Part shown: in pieces, positions 19,698 through 28,900 of the stretch | Layout of the letters: each line of letters opens with the position of its first letter | Position numbering within the stretch: position 1 is the first letter of the stretch | Origin: a virus | Taxonomy: Duplodnaviria; Caudoviricetes | Direction: 5' to 3' (one strand) | Length of the DNA: 64,000 nucleotides | IMG/VR virus record: IMGVR_UViG_3300032309_002614 | Location: 25,836 to 89,835 of that record | Program-made: the position numbers and the translations under genes | Notes under the pieces: generated by a model | What the model was told of the DNA's origin: nothing | The model's input: the letters and a program-made list of their open reading frames with translations, nothing else | Databases searched by the model: none

Positions 19698-20174
19698 ATG
19701 GATACTATAGCTACAATAACTACACATCTTAGTAATATTGAAAAAGTTTTATCAATCAATATTAAGAAGCTTTCTGACAACGCAATTATACCTAGCAAAG
19801 GAACGAGTTTTGCTGCTGGATATGATTTATATGCAGCGGAAGATGCGCTAGTTGTTTGCGGCAGCAGAAAACTAATTAAGACAAACATTTCAATGCAGAT
19901 TACTCGCGGTTATTATGGACGTATTGCTCCTCGTTCTGGCCTAGCTTACAAGAGTGGAATTGATGTTCTAGCTGGCGTAATTGATTCTGATTATCGTGGA
20001 GATATTGGAGTTATTCTTTATAATACAGACAAGAACATTGATTTTGAAATTAAGAAGGGCGATAGAATTGCTCAGATTATTTTTGAAGCTTGTTATACCG
20101 CTACTTTAAATAATGTAGAAAACTTAGATAATACCTTGAGACAAGGTGGCGGCTATGGATCTACAGGCGTATGA
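19698..20174 (+). CDS. dut: dUTPase (trimeric)
   Basis: AAGYDL, PRSGLA, GVIDSDYRG, GDRIAQ, R.GGYGSTG. Confidence 0.97.
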   Translation: MDTIATITTHLSNIEKVLSINIKKLSDNAIIPSKGTSFAAGYDLYAAEDALVVCGSRKLIKTNISMQITRGYYGRIAPRSGLAYKSGIDVLAGVIDSDYRGDIGVILYNTDKNIDFEIKKGDRIAQIIFEACYTATLNNVENLDNTLRQGGGYGSTGV

Positions 20175-20452
20175 ACGACAAACATATTAAAAAGATTTTA
20201 GATAAACAATTTAAGATAGCTAATTTAGATCTTAAATATGAAGATGTCCGCGACGATCAAACTCCAAATTGGCTCACAAAGTATTCTTGCACCGAAGAAG
20301 ACAATGAAAAGTGGAAGAATTGGACTATGAAATATATGCGCGAAAAGATGAAACTCACTAAAGATAAAGCATTGATAGAAACAGCGTGGATTGATTTGAA
20401 TTTCGGACTACGAACTTCAACTCATTCTGTCAAGAAATCTAAAAAGAAGTGA
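20171..20452 (+). CDS. Hypothetical protein
   Basis: 93-aa ORF coupled by ATGA overlap. Confidence 0.75.
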   Translation: MNDKHIKKILDKQFKIANLDLKYEDVRDDQTPNWLTKYSCTEEDNEKWKNWTMKYMREKMKLTKDKALIETAWIDLNFGLRTSTHSVKKSKKK

Positions 20453-20724
20453 AGCGAGATCTTAAATTATTAGATCTATGCAAGATTCTTGATACAGATT
20501 ATTCTGATTATGGAGGAAAAATACGTCGCCACAGCGATCCAGATTACAATTATAGCGATTGTAGTTGTGGCTGTAAGTATTTTATTCCTTTATACAATCA
20601 GAAATATAGAGATGCAGACGTTGACTTCGGAGTCTGCACAAATAAAAGAAGTAAAAGATGCGGACTACTTACATTCGAACACCAAGCTGGCTACGGATGT
20701 TTTGAAACAGAAAAATTAAAATAA
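20449..20724 (+). CDS. Cys-rich hypothetical protein
   Basis: CSCGC...GVC...C...GC; GTGA overlap. Confidence 0.7.
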   Translation: MKRDLKLLDLCKILDTDYSDYGGKIRRHSDPDYNYSDCSCGCKYFIPLYNQKYRDADVDFGVCTNKRSKRCGLLTFEHQAGYGCFETEKLK

Positions 20725-20764
20725 TTATATAAAAGTTCTAGATTTTTAGAATATAAAAATTTAT

Positions 20765-20849
20765 GGTTGAATGGCTGAGTGGTTTAAAGCAGAAGTTTAC
20801 TAAACTTCAGTGCGTAAAAGCACCCAAGGTTCGAATCCTTGTTCAACCT
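20765..20849 (+). tRNA. tRNA-Ser(ACU), class II, CCA not encoded
   Basis: GGTTGAA/TTCAACC acceptor, GAAGT-TTACTAA-ACTTC anticodon arm, long variable arm, CAAGG-TTCGAAT-CCTTG. Confidence 0.85.
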
Positions 20850-20854
20850 AGAAA

Positions 20855-20930
20855 TGGGAGTTCGTATAATGGCTTATTATGTCTCGCTTTGAACGAGAAG
20901 AAGGGGTTTCGATCACCTCACTCCCAACCA
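20855..20930 (+). tRNA. tRNA-Gln(UUG)
   Basis: TGGGAGT/ACTCCCA, TCTCG-CTTTGAA-CGAGA, TTCGATC T-loop, CCA. Confidence 0.92.
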
Positions 20931-20937
20931 TTTTATA

Positions 20938-21132
20938 ATGCAAGAAGTAGATAATATAATAAATAAACTAATCGAATCAATCAAAACAGTTGATTCTAAT
21001 AAAGCTATTCCTCATTTAGTAAAAGATTTAGATAAACATGTTCAAGAAGCTTATGCTGAACTCTATAAATATAGAGAACAAAAATTAGTGTATAAAACTG
21101 TTAATGACGACAAACGAGGTCACTGCTGTTAA
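20938..21132 (+). CDS. Hypothetical protein
   Basis: 64-aa ORF. Confidence 0.6.
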   Translation: MQEVDNIINKLIESIKTVDSNKAIPHLVKDLDKHVQEAYAELYKYREQKLVYKTVNDDKRGHCC

Positions 21133-21307
21133 AATATCTACTCCTTGCACTAGAAAATGCAAGTTAATAGACAATCATTGTGTAGGCTGTGGTCGAACTT
21201 GGCAACAAATACGAGACTGGACTATTTATAACGAGTCTGAAAGACTTTCAATAATGAACGATCTAAAGCCAAATATACAATTAAAAGATCAATATGAGTG
21301 CTGGTAA
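21104..21307 (+). CDS. DUF1289-like Cys-rich protein
   Basis: TPCTRKCKL...CVGCGRT..I..W. Confidence 0.75.
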   Translation: MTTNEVTAVKISTPCTRKCKLIDNHCVGCGRTWQQIRDWTIYNESERLSIMNDLKPNIQLKDQYECW

Positions 21308-21473
21308 AGGCGATAAACCAAGAAATTGTTTTAGCAAAAAATATAAATCTAATTACGATTCAATTAATTGGGGCGATATAACTGCTTGCCCATCTTGCAA
21401 AACAAATATGAAAAAACATTTTAAAACTTGCCCAAGTTGCGGCAAAGAAAATAAGGTCAATAGTGAGCGATAA
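21294..21473 (+). CDS. Small Zn-ribbon protein (59 aa, not in the ORF track)
   Basis: MSAGKGDKPR...CPSCK...CPSCG. Confidence 0.65.
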   Translation: MSAGKGDKPRNCFSKKYKSNYDSINWGDITACPSCKTNMKKHFKTCPSCGKENKVNSER

Positions 21474-21684
21474 TTCTTCAAATATACATAGAGCAGTTAA
21501 TATAACTACTCTTAGTGAAAAAGATATTAAAAAACATTCGCTAGTAAAAACTGGTGACTTATTCGAAAAAGATGATTATCTATTGTTATATGATGATCAA
21601 TATGTAAAAATTGGCGAAGGAAATAAGCTTCTTAAACATAAAATCATTAAAGAAAATACCGTATATAGAAAGAAGCAAGTGTAA
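21463..21684 (+). CDS. Hypothetical protein
   Basis: GTG start, 73 aa. Confidence 0.6.
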   Translation: MSDNSSNIHRAVNITTLSEKDIKKHSLVKTGDLFEKDDYLLLYDDQYVKIGEGNKLLKHKIIKENTVYRKKQV

Positions 21685-21692
21685 ATAATTTT

Positions 21693-23003
21693 ATGGCTCA
21701 ATTGTTCGCCGCTCAGTTTCCTCAGAATGTACATACTAATTTGATTTATGATACTCAAAAAGAGTATTATAGACCATTCAAGGATAGTGATTTTTATGGC
21801 GGAAATTCAGTAACCAATCCATCTAACGACGCTTTTGGTCGTCAAAGAGTTTCAAATCCTTTTACTTTATTTGATAGCTCTCATAGATTTAAAGATAATA
21901 ATCTTTGGAGTACGGCGACTACAGGAACAGCATCAGCGACATTTGACGCTAATGAAGGTCTAGTTGATTTAGAAGTAGATAACACCATTAATTCTGAAGT
22001 GGTTAGAGAAACTGTAAAAGTGTTTTCTTATCAACCGGGAAAATCTTTGCTAACAATGAATACTTTTGTAATGCAATCAGCAAAAACTGGTCTTCGTCAA
22101 AGAGTTGGATATTATGGCGCTAATAATGGAATATATATTGAACTTGCCAATTCTGTTTTATATATTGTTAAAAGAAGTTCTATAAGTGGTTCTATAGTAG
22201 ATACTAGAATATCACAATCTTCTTGGAGCAACGACAAGTTAGATGGAAGTGGGCCTTCTGGTTTAACTTTAGACATTTCTAAAGCTCAAATTTTATGGAT
22301 GGATATTGAATGGTTGGGTGTAGGTTCTGTTAGAACAGGATTTATTATAAATGGTCAGTTTGTTTTGTGTCATATATTTCATCATGCAAATTTAATAACC
22401 TCAACATATATAACATCAGCATCTTTGCCGCTTCGTTATGAGATTAAAAATACTGCCGCAACTTCTGGTAATAGCACATTAAAACAAATTTGCTCTACTG
22501 TTATTTCTGAAGGCGGTTTTGAACTCAATGGATTGCAACAATCAATAAACATACCGATCACCTCTCCAAGAGCTTTGACTACCGCTGGAACTTATTATCC
22601 AATAATTAGCATAAGATTAAAAAGTGCTTTTTTAGATGCAATTGTGATTCCAACTGCATTTTCTATGATGGGAACTGCTAATGGCATTAATTACAATTGG
22701 CGAATAATAGTAGCTGGAACAACATCAGCAGGAACTTGGGTCAGTGCTGGAAGTGATAGCGCAGTTGAATATAATATCACTGGAACTTCTTTTAGCGGAG
22801 GAAAAATACTCGCAAGTGGATTTTTAAATTCATCAAATCGAGGTTCCCCAACAATTGAAGTTCTCAGAGAAGCTGTTTTTAAATTTCAACTAGAAAGAAA
22901 CGGTCTAACTTCGACTCCGAATGAACTAACACTTGTTGTTACCGCTGCGACTGCTAATGAAACTATTTTTGCGGCTATAGATTGGCAAGAAATAAGCAGA
23001 TAA
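21693..23003 (+). CDS. Probable virion structural protein (beta-rich)
   Basis: Ser/Thr/Gly-rich, DAFGRQRVSNPFTLFD, YQPGKS, WLGVG.VR.GF; GTGTAA 8 nt upstream. Confidence 0.6.
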   Translation: MAQLFAAQFPQNVHTNLIYDTQKEYYRPFKDSDFYGGNSVTNPSNDAFGRQRVSNPFTLFDSSHRFKDNNLWSTATTGTASATFDANEGLVDLEVDNTINSEVVRETVKVFSYQPGKSLLTMNTFVMQSAKTGLRQRVGYYGANNGIYIELANSVLYIVKRSSISGSIVDTRISQSSWSNDKLDGSGPSGLTLDISKAQILWMDIEWLGVGSVRTGFIINGQFVLCHIFHHANLITSTYITSASLPLRYEIKNTAATSGNSTLKQICSTVISEGGFELNGLQQSINIPITSPRALTTAGTYYPIISIRLKSAFLDAIVIPTAFSMMGTANGINYNWRIIVAGTTSAGTWVSAGSDSAVEYNITGTSFSGGKILASGFLNSSNRGSPTIEVLREAVFKFQLERNGLTSTPNELTLVVTAATANETIFAAIDWQEISR

Positions 23004-23048
23004 TTATTTTATATTTTCTTTTTTGCAATTATTTGTGTAATTATAGAT

Positions 23049-24008
23049 ATGACAACCAAACTGCCAATATTAATACTATTGGTTTTTTTATTTACTGGAT
23101 GCTTTTCTACGATCAAACCTTCTAAGCAGATAGATGATAACCAAAAAGTTATTGCTAAAGAAGAGAAAAAAGTAGACGCTACTATAGTAGAGATAGAAAA
23201 AAATGACAAAGGAAAAAAAATACAAACTTCTACTTTAGCTCAAGGCATTCAATATTCTCTTAATCAAGTAACTAACCCCCCAATTCAAGTAGACACAGCA
23301 AAGTCTTTAAATGAAAGAGTAGTTTCTATTGTCGGCTCTCCTCACATTGATGAAATAAATAGAATCAAAGCCACAGTTGATTTATTAAATTCCGCAGTAG
23401 AAGAAGAACGTAAAAAAGGGCAAGAGATGCTTGCGAAAAGAGACGAATTAATTAATAAACTACAAAAAGAAAAAGTAGATTTAAGTGAACAATACGATGA
23501 TCAACTTTGGCAATTAACAGACAAAGCTAAAGAAGTCGCTAAAGAAGCTGATCAAAATAAAGCGGTTTTAGATACGATGAGCGGAATGTTTGGTTTGAAT
23601 GCTGTATTTTGGGGATTGAAAAAGTTCTTTTTTAGCACTTTGACTGCGATAATTATATTTACTGTAATTTTTACTATTCTTCGTGTGTTAGCTGCAATAA
23701 ACCCTATTGCTGGTGCAGCTTTTTCTATATTTAATATATTTGGATCTGTATTGATATCTGCCGTCAAAACTTTAACGCCTAAAGCTTTTGAAATGAGCAA
23801 ATTAGTCAGTGCAGATAAATTTGATGAATACAAATCTCCGTTGGTAAAGATTGTCGATGTTGTGCAAAAATTTAAAGAAAAAGCTAAAGAAAATCCAGAA
23901 AAAGTTTTTACTCTTAATCATGTCTTAGATGAACTTGATAGAGACATGGATAAGCCTGAAAAAGACTTGATCGATGACATTTTAAAAGACCTAAAGTGGA
24001 AAAAATAA
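23049..24008 (+). CDS. Lipoprotein with coiled coil and hydrophobic segments
   Basis: Lipobox-like LFTGC after a hydrophobic signal, coiled coil, ~50-aa hydrophobic stretch. Confidence 0.6.
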   Translation: MTTKLPILILLVFLFTGCFSTIKPSKQIDDNQKVIAKEEKKVDATIVEIEKNDKGKKIQTSTLAQGIQYSLNQVTNPPIQVDTAKSLNERVVSIVGSPHIDEINRIKATVDLLNSAVEEERKKGQEMLAKRDELINKLQKEKVDLSEQYDDQLWQLTDKAKEVAKEADQNKAVLDTMSGMFGLNAVFWGLKKFFFSTLTAIIIFTVIFTILRVLAAINPIAGAAFSIFNIFGSVLISAVKTLTPKAFEMSKLVSADKFDEYKSPLVKIVDVVQKFKEKAKENPEKVFTLNHVLDELDRDMDKPEKDLIDDILKDLKWKK

Positions 24009-24059
24009 TACATAAAAAAATGATGCTCCCAATGTTTATTTTTTAGTGTAAAAAACGAT

Positions 24060-24281
24060 ATGTCTGAAGATTATAATAATAATAGTTATGATGCAGTCCT
24101 ATCAAGGATGGAACAAAAATTAGACACTATTGTTGAAAATATTGACAACATTAAAAAAGGCCAGAAAGATTTGGAAATGCGAGTTTCTGGTCTGGAGTAT
24201 TTTAAATATTATTTAGCGGGAATAGTCGCAGCGGTTTCAGTTGGTGCTAATTATTTAATAAATAAAGTCAAAAACGGCTAA
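24060..24281 (+). CDS. Coiled coil plus C-terminal TM protein (holin/XhlA-like architecture)
   Basis: LSRMEQKLDTI...LE then YYLAGIVAAVSVGANYLI. Confidence 0.5.
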   Translation: MSEDYNNNSYDAVLSRMEQKLDTIVENIDNIKKGQKDLEMRVSGLEYFKYYLAGIVAAVSVGANYLINKVKNG

Positions 24282-24326
24282 TCAAAGAAAACTTCTTGAC
24301 TTCTTCTGAAAATGGCATAATATCGT

Positions 24327-25037
24327 ATGCCTATGATTAAGTCATTTAAGTTATTTATCGCGTCACTTCTGACCTCAGTCGCAGTTTTTGCTGCGGATAC
24401 CGAGTCAACAATCAATGCCAGCATTAATGCTGGTTACAATAATCACTACATCGTTAACGGACTAGCAAAGACTAGCGAATCGGCATTTGCTGGTTTCGAC
24501 ATTGGAAAGGTCTATTTTGGTGTGGATACTTATGTCGGTGGTGTCATTCTTCCTAATTCTAACAATATTGATGAATCTCACTGGAAGGTCGGAGTTGGTA
24601 AGTCTCTAAAAATTACTGAGAAGTTTTCACTTCGTGGCGATTTGCAAGCTCTTCGTCACCAGAGTTCAATTGTTGGAGGTCGTAATTCTACCGAAATCGC
24701 TCCAAAGATTGCATTAGTAAATCCATATCTAACCCCTTACATCCGTGGTTCACATGATTTTAACATTGGTCAGTCAGGTTATATCGTTGGTGTCGAACGC
24801 CCAACCGATGTATTTGGTTGGTTCACGCTTACTCCTACCGTCGAATATGGCAAGTTTACTGATTATGATGTCGTGGCTGCTAAGATTGGTGTCTCTCGCA
24901 CCTTCTTCAATCATCTTCAACCTTATGCTGAAGTTGGATACTATGACAATAATTTTCAAGCCTCTAAATACAACTTTGCAAGTCAAGAGTTCAGCGGTGA
25001 TGTAGTCGTTCTAGCGGGAGTTCGCTGGAACTTCTAA
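24327..25037 (+). CDS. Outer-membrane beta-barrel protein
   Basis: Sec signal peptide, alternating amphipathic strands, C-terminal GVRWNF beta-signal. Confidence 0.8.
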   Translation: MPMIKSFKLFIASLLTSVAVFAADTESTINASINAGYNNHYIVNGLAKTSESAFAGFDIGKVYFGVDTYVGGVILPNSNNIDESHWKVGVGKSLKITEKFSLRGDLQALRHQSSIVGGRNSTEIAPKIALVNPYLTPYIRGSHDFNIGQSGYIVGVERPTDVFGWFTLTPTVEYGKFTDYDVVAAKIGVSRTFFNHLQPYAEVGYYDNNFQASKYNFASQEFSGDVVVLAGVRWNF

Positions 25038-25062
25038 TAGTGAACGATATTTAGTCAAATAC

Positions 25063-25090
25063 ACCGTCAACGAAAGTTGGCGGTTTTTTT
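25063..25090 (+). terminator. Intrinsic terminator
   Basis: ACCGTCAAC-GAAA-GTTGGCGGT plus T7. Confidence 0.9.
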
Positions 25091-25091
25091 G

Positions 25092-25119
25092 TTGACATTT
25101 CAAGATTTTTTGTTAACCT
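25092..25119 (+). promoter_or_regulatory. Sigma70 promoter with extended -10, leaderless
   Basis: TTGACA-N16-TAACCT with TG; ATG 6 nt after the -10. Confidence 0.75.
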
Positions 25120-25125
25120 CGTTCA

Positions 25126-25719
25126 ATGTCAAGTTATTCTAATAAAATAACAACTTTACTTTTAGATTCATCGTTTATGCCTTATACCTTTTTAACTGGT
25201 AGGGCTACCTTCTTACATTTATTAAAAAATAATATTAAATGTTTTGATGCAAGTGAGAATCTTATAGATAATAATCTTCAATGGTTTTCTAATCAGGGAG
25301 TTAATTTTTATGAAGATCAACCTTTTTTGACCTCTAAAGATAGAATTTGGTTTTTACCTACAACTGCTGTTATTAAAGCTTCATTTTATTCTAAGAGAAA
25401 AAGACTACCTCGCACACTAAGTCTTCAAAAATTGTGCATGATTTTTGATTATACTTGTCAGATTTGTCACGAAAGATTTGACAAGAAGGACATGACTGTG
25501 GAACATATATTTCCTCGCTCTAAAGGAGGAACAAAGGAAATAGAAAATATCACCTTAACTTGTGCGCAGTGTAATCAAATAAAGAAAGACATGTATCCAT
25601 TCTTTGATAACAAGAATCGCGATATCAAATCTGTTCCCATGCCGATTCCCGTTCTTCCTAATAAACCAATTAATAATCGCGAAGAGTGGCAGAAGTATTT
25701 TATATATAAAAAACTATGA
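25126..25719 (+). CDS. HNH endonuclease (McrA-like)
   Basis: CQIC, TVEHIFPRSKGG, NITLTCAQCNQIK. Confidence 0.9.
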   Translation: MSSYSNKITTLLLDSSFMPYTFLTGRATFLHLLKNNIKCFDASENLIDNNLQWFSNQGVNFYEDQPFLTSKDRIWFLPTTAVIKASFYSKRKRLPRTLSLQKLCMIFDYTCQICHERFDKKDMTVEHIFPRSKGGTKEIENITLTCAQCNQIKKDMYPFFDNKNRDIKSVPMPIPVLPNKPINNREEWQKYFIYKKL

Positions 25720-25901
25720 ACCCGTCTGAATTCGAAAGAACAAAATCAGTCAACATTTTTAAAAAAATAAAAGAGCTAGAAAAACTAATTAAAGAAGAAC
25801 AAGTAAAAACTGAAAATCTTTATGCAAACCGCATTGCCACTCTTGATACGATGTTAAAAGGTATTCATGACCTCATGTACACATTTAAAAAAGGCGAATA
25901 G
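25716..25901 (+). CDS. Hypothetical protein
   Basis: 61-aa coupled ORF. Confidence 0.65.
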   Translation: MNPSEFERTKSVNIFKKIKELEKLIKEEQVKTENLYANRIATLDTMLKGIHDLMYTFKKGE

Positions 25902-26560
25902 TGAGCTACCTTTCAACAAATATACCAACTCAGTTAGGATATTTAGACGCATCTTTTCTTAATGACAGTGCGCCCAGAACAAGTGGAAAATTTATTCCTG
26001 TAGAAATTTTTTCAATTGTATCTATTCCTCGACGTTGTTTGATGTTTAATGTTATGAGTGAATACGGCGCACAATTTGCAAGAGTGCCTATTCATTACCT
26101 TTCCAATAGTGAACAACCAATTACCAAATATGACTTAGATTGGTTGCAGCTATGGGACAGTTTTAGTTATTATTTTACAATTCAAAGATTTGAGTATTTA
26201 AAAAATGGTAGTGCATATATTTATCTTAAAGATAAGAAAATGCACGTTGGAAAATATCTATTCACAATTGATTGGTGCAATGGCGAAGATTATAATCTAG
26301 GCTATTCTGAAATATCCGCTGGACACAAATGCGCTCACGTTTTTTGGGGCGAAGGCGGACAAATGTTTGCTCAACCAAACAATAGAATAATATTTAGAGA
26401 CAGTGGAGCTTGGATTTCAAGCAAACTGCCTCCCGAATCAAAAATTTGGAAACCGTTTTCTAAAGAATTTTCCTGTGAAGGTTTAGCTCACAAGTGGACC
26501 GCAGGTGACGATGAATTAATGTATTATGAGTTTCAACCCCAACAATCCGAGATTAAGTAA
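25901..26560 (+). CDS. Hypothetical phage protein
   Basis: GTG start; ARVPIH, QLWDSFSY, YLFTIDW, AQPNNRI. Confidence 0.75.
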   Translation: MSYLSTNIPTQLGYLDASFLNDSAPRTSGKFIPVEIFSIVSIPRRCLMFNVMSEYGAQFARVPIHYLSNSEQPITKYDLDWLQLWDSFSYYFTIQRFEYLKNGSAYIYLKDKKMHVGKYLFTIDWCNGEDYNLGYSEISAGHKCAHVFWGEGGQMFAQPNNRIIFRDSGAWISSKLPPESKIWKPFSKEFSCEGLAHKWTAGDDELMYYEFQPQQSEIK

Positions 26561-27044
26561 GCCTGAGTATGGTTGTTATCTTGCCTTATCCGCAAGATCC
26601 CGCTCAGAAGACCCTCACACTCAAGTAGGCGTTGCCTTATTTGACGAAGAATGGAGAACTGTATCCACTGGCTTTAACGGCTTTGGCCCCGGTTTTATAC
26701 CTACAGAAAATATTTTTAAAGATCGTGAAACAAAGTCTTGTTTAATTAATCATGCTGAAATAAATGCTATTTTATATTCATCTCGTCAGGCGCATTATGC
26801 TTGCATGGTTTATAGTCCATGTGTTCATTGCGCCAAAACAATCGCTGCTTCTAAAATTAAAAGTGTATATTTTATTCAACAATATGTAAAAGGCTCAGAT
26901 CAACAAGTTGATTTGAAATTTGAAGAAATCTTTAAATTTTATGGAATAAACAGCATTCAATTGAATAATAAGAGTATCGGAAAAATCTTGCACTGGAACA
27001 AAAAGGACCAAGATTTTTTAGAAGCTCTATATGTTAAACCATAA
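26526..27044 (+). CDS. dCMP deaminase
   Basis: RSEDPHTQVGV, GFNG, HAEINA, PCVHC. Confidence 0.9.
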   Translation: MSFNPNNPRLSKPEYGCYLALSARSRSEDPHTQVGVALFDEEWRTVSTGFNGFGPGFIPTENIFKDRETKSCLINHAEINAILYSSRQAHYACMVYSPCVHCAKTIAASKIKSVYFIQQYVKGSDQQVDLKFEEIFKFYGINSIQLNNKSIGKILHWNKKDQDFLEALYVKP

Positions 27045-27210
27045 AAAAATCATGGAAGATTCTGCTGTATTTTTTAATAAAGAAGTTGACAAAGTTATTT
27101 TAAAAGTTGCGACAGCAAAAACCGGAAAAGCTAGATCAAAGTATTTGAAACAATTGATGGCATTAAAAAACAGATTAGTTCTTGAAGTTAAAATGATCGA
27201 TGAGCTTTGA
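27031..27210 (+). CDS. Small hypothetical protein (59 aa, not in track)
   Basis: MLNHKKIMEDS...MIDEL; overlaps the deaminase end. Confidence 0.55.
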   Translation: MLNHKKIMEDSAVFFNKEVDKVILKVATAKTGKARSKYLKQLMALKNRLVLEVKMIDEL

Positions 27211-27357
27211 AATTTTTGAAAATACTCCTTGACACACTCAAAAAATATGATAAATTGGTTTAGCGTAAATAATTGCTAACATGAAGATAAAAATTAGTGC
27301 TACTATTAATAATAATATTCGTTTCGTTAGCTTTAGTTTTTTACCACAATAAAAAAT

Positions 27358-27684
27358 ATGAGTAATACTACAGATAAGCAATCAGACTGGAAGAATCGTG
27401 AAGTTGGCGCACTTTGGAAGAAGGCTGCTGCCAATGGCAAGAGTTCGTTTTGCACTGGCTATATCGTTTCCGACGAACTTGGGAATAAGGTTAAGCAGCG
27501 TGTAATTATGTTCTCTAACAAGACAAAGAGTAATGAGAAGTCGCCAGACTTTATTATTTATTTGTCTAATGAGCAAGAGAATGGTGAAGCCGCTCCTGCA
27601 CCAAAGGCTAAGGCTTCTGCTCCTCCGAAGCGAACGCCGCAACCAGCAAGCGTTGACGCTGATGACGATAACGTTCCGATGTAA
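27358..27684 (+). CDS. Small probable ssDNA-binding protein (DUF736-like) with acidic tail
   Basis: VGALWKK, N..K.....PDF.IY, tail DADDDNVPM. Confidence 0.5.
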   Translation: MSNTTDKQSDWKNREVGALWKKAAANGKSSFCTGYIVSDELGNKVKQRVIMFSNKTKSNEKSPDFIIYLSNEQENGEAAPAPKAKASAPPKRTPQPASVDADDDNVPM

Positions 27685-27690
27685 ATAAGC

Positions 27691-27717
27691 AAAGCCCCCA
27701 GAAATGGGGGCTTTTTT
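27691..27717 (+). terminator. Intrinsic terminator
   Basis: AAAGCCCCCA-GAAA-TGGGGGCTTTTTT. Confidence 0.92.
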
Positions 27718-27722
27718 GCGCC

Positions 27723-27750
27723 TTGACATCTTCCGAAAATCTGATATCGT
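27723..27750 (+). promoter_or_regulatory. Sigma70 promoter, leaderless
   Basis: TTGACA-N16-TATCGT with TG; ATG 27758. Confidence 0.75.
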
Positions 27751-27757
27751 GACCAAA

Positions 27758-28699
27758 ATGAAATACGGACTCGTTTGCATTTCGGAACTTTTGCGGGATA
27801 AAAATCCCGAATTGGCGTTCAAGACTATGACTCGTACTCAATTCCTTAAAAAGAATCGTGACGAATCTATCGCTGAACTTTCTCGCCGCATCTCCCATAA
27901 TCTTACAGTTACGCTTGAGACTATAAAGCACTGCAAGGAAGTTGGTATTAAACATTATCGTTTGTCTTGTAAGTTGTTTCCTCTTGTTACTGATCCTACT
28001 TTGAAGATTCAAGTGGAATTACTTCCATATTGGAATGTGCTTGAACAAAAGTTAATGGAGATTGGTCGAGTTGCGCGTGAACTAAATATTACAATGTCAA
28101 TTCATCCTGATCAGTTTGTCGTTCTTGGTTCTGACTCCGATGATGTTTGTGCAAAATCTATTGCTGAATTGAATTTTCATGCTTGGGTGCTTGACCAAAT
28201 AAAGATGCCGCAATCGCATCTATGCCCGATCAACATTCATCCTAGTTTGTCCAACTTTGAATCTGTTCAGAAATTTGTAGATAAGTTTGTGCGTAATTTC
28301 TTTCGATGTGATATCGGTGTTCGCAATAGACTTGTAATTGAAAATGAACATCATGCGTTTTGGAATTGTAATAATTTACATGAATACTTTCATAATTATA
28401 TGAAACACACTTATAATTTTTATTTTCCACTCACACTTGATAATCTTCATGATAAATGCAATCCTAGTTATGATACCAATAATAACATCATTCCTTACGA
28501 GAAACATTTTATTAAGTTTTATCAAACATGGTCTGTTATGCCAGTTTTCCACTGGAGCGAAAGTGATGATAATTCATTTAAACACGCAAAAAAAGTAATT
28601 AATCCTCCTGTGGATCTTGGTTTAGATTGCATTTATGAAATGGAATACAAAGCTAAAGATAAAGCTTTCATTCATCTAATCAAGCAAATTGCTAATTGA
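27758..28699 (+). CDS. uvsE: UV damage endonuclease (UvsE/UvdE)
   Basis: MKYGLVCI, HYRLS, SIHPDQF, NIH, RLVIENE, DNLH, FHWSE, KHA. Confidence 0.92.
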   Translation: MKYGLVCISELLRDKNPELAFKTMTRTQFLKKNRDESIAELSRRISHNLTVTLETIKHCKEVGIKHYRLSCKLFPLVTDPTLKIQVELLPYWNVLEQKLMEIGRVARELNITMSIHPDQFVVLGSDSDDVCAKSIAELNFHAWVLDQIKMPQSHLCPINIHPSLSNFESVQKFVDKFVRNFFRCDIGVRNRLVIENEHHAFWNCNNLHEYFHNYMKHTYNFYFPLTLDNLHDKCNPSYDTNNNIIPYEKHFIKFYQTWSVMPVFHWSESDDNSFKHAKKVINPPVDLGLDCIYEMEYKAKDKAFIHLIKQIAN

Positions 28700-28729
28700 A
28701 AAATTAATAAGCCAATATATTATTATTAC

Positions 28730-28900
28730 ATGAAGCATGTAACAATTAAGATTGGGGACAAAGACATTGAAGTATTGAAAGATATTTTCAAAAACGAAGC
28801 TGATTTCAAGCCTCAAGCTCAACAAGACTTACTTATTATTGAGATCCTCAAGCAAGTTCTAAATAATCCTAAGAGCGAAATTACAGATATCGATCTATGA
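28730..28900 (+). CDS. Small hypothetical protein (56 aa, not in track)
   Basis: MKHVTIKIGD...TDIDL; ATGA overlap with the next gene. Confidence 0.55.
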   Translation: MKHVTIKIGDKDIEVLKDIFKNEADFKPQAQQDLLIIEILKQVLNNPKSEITDIDL

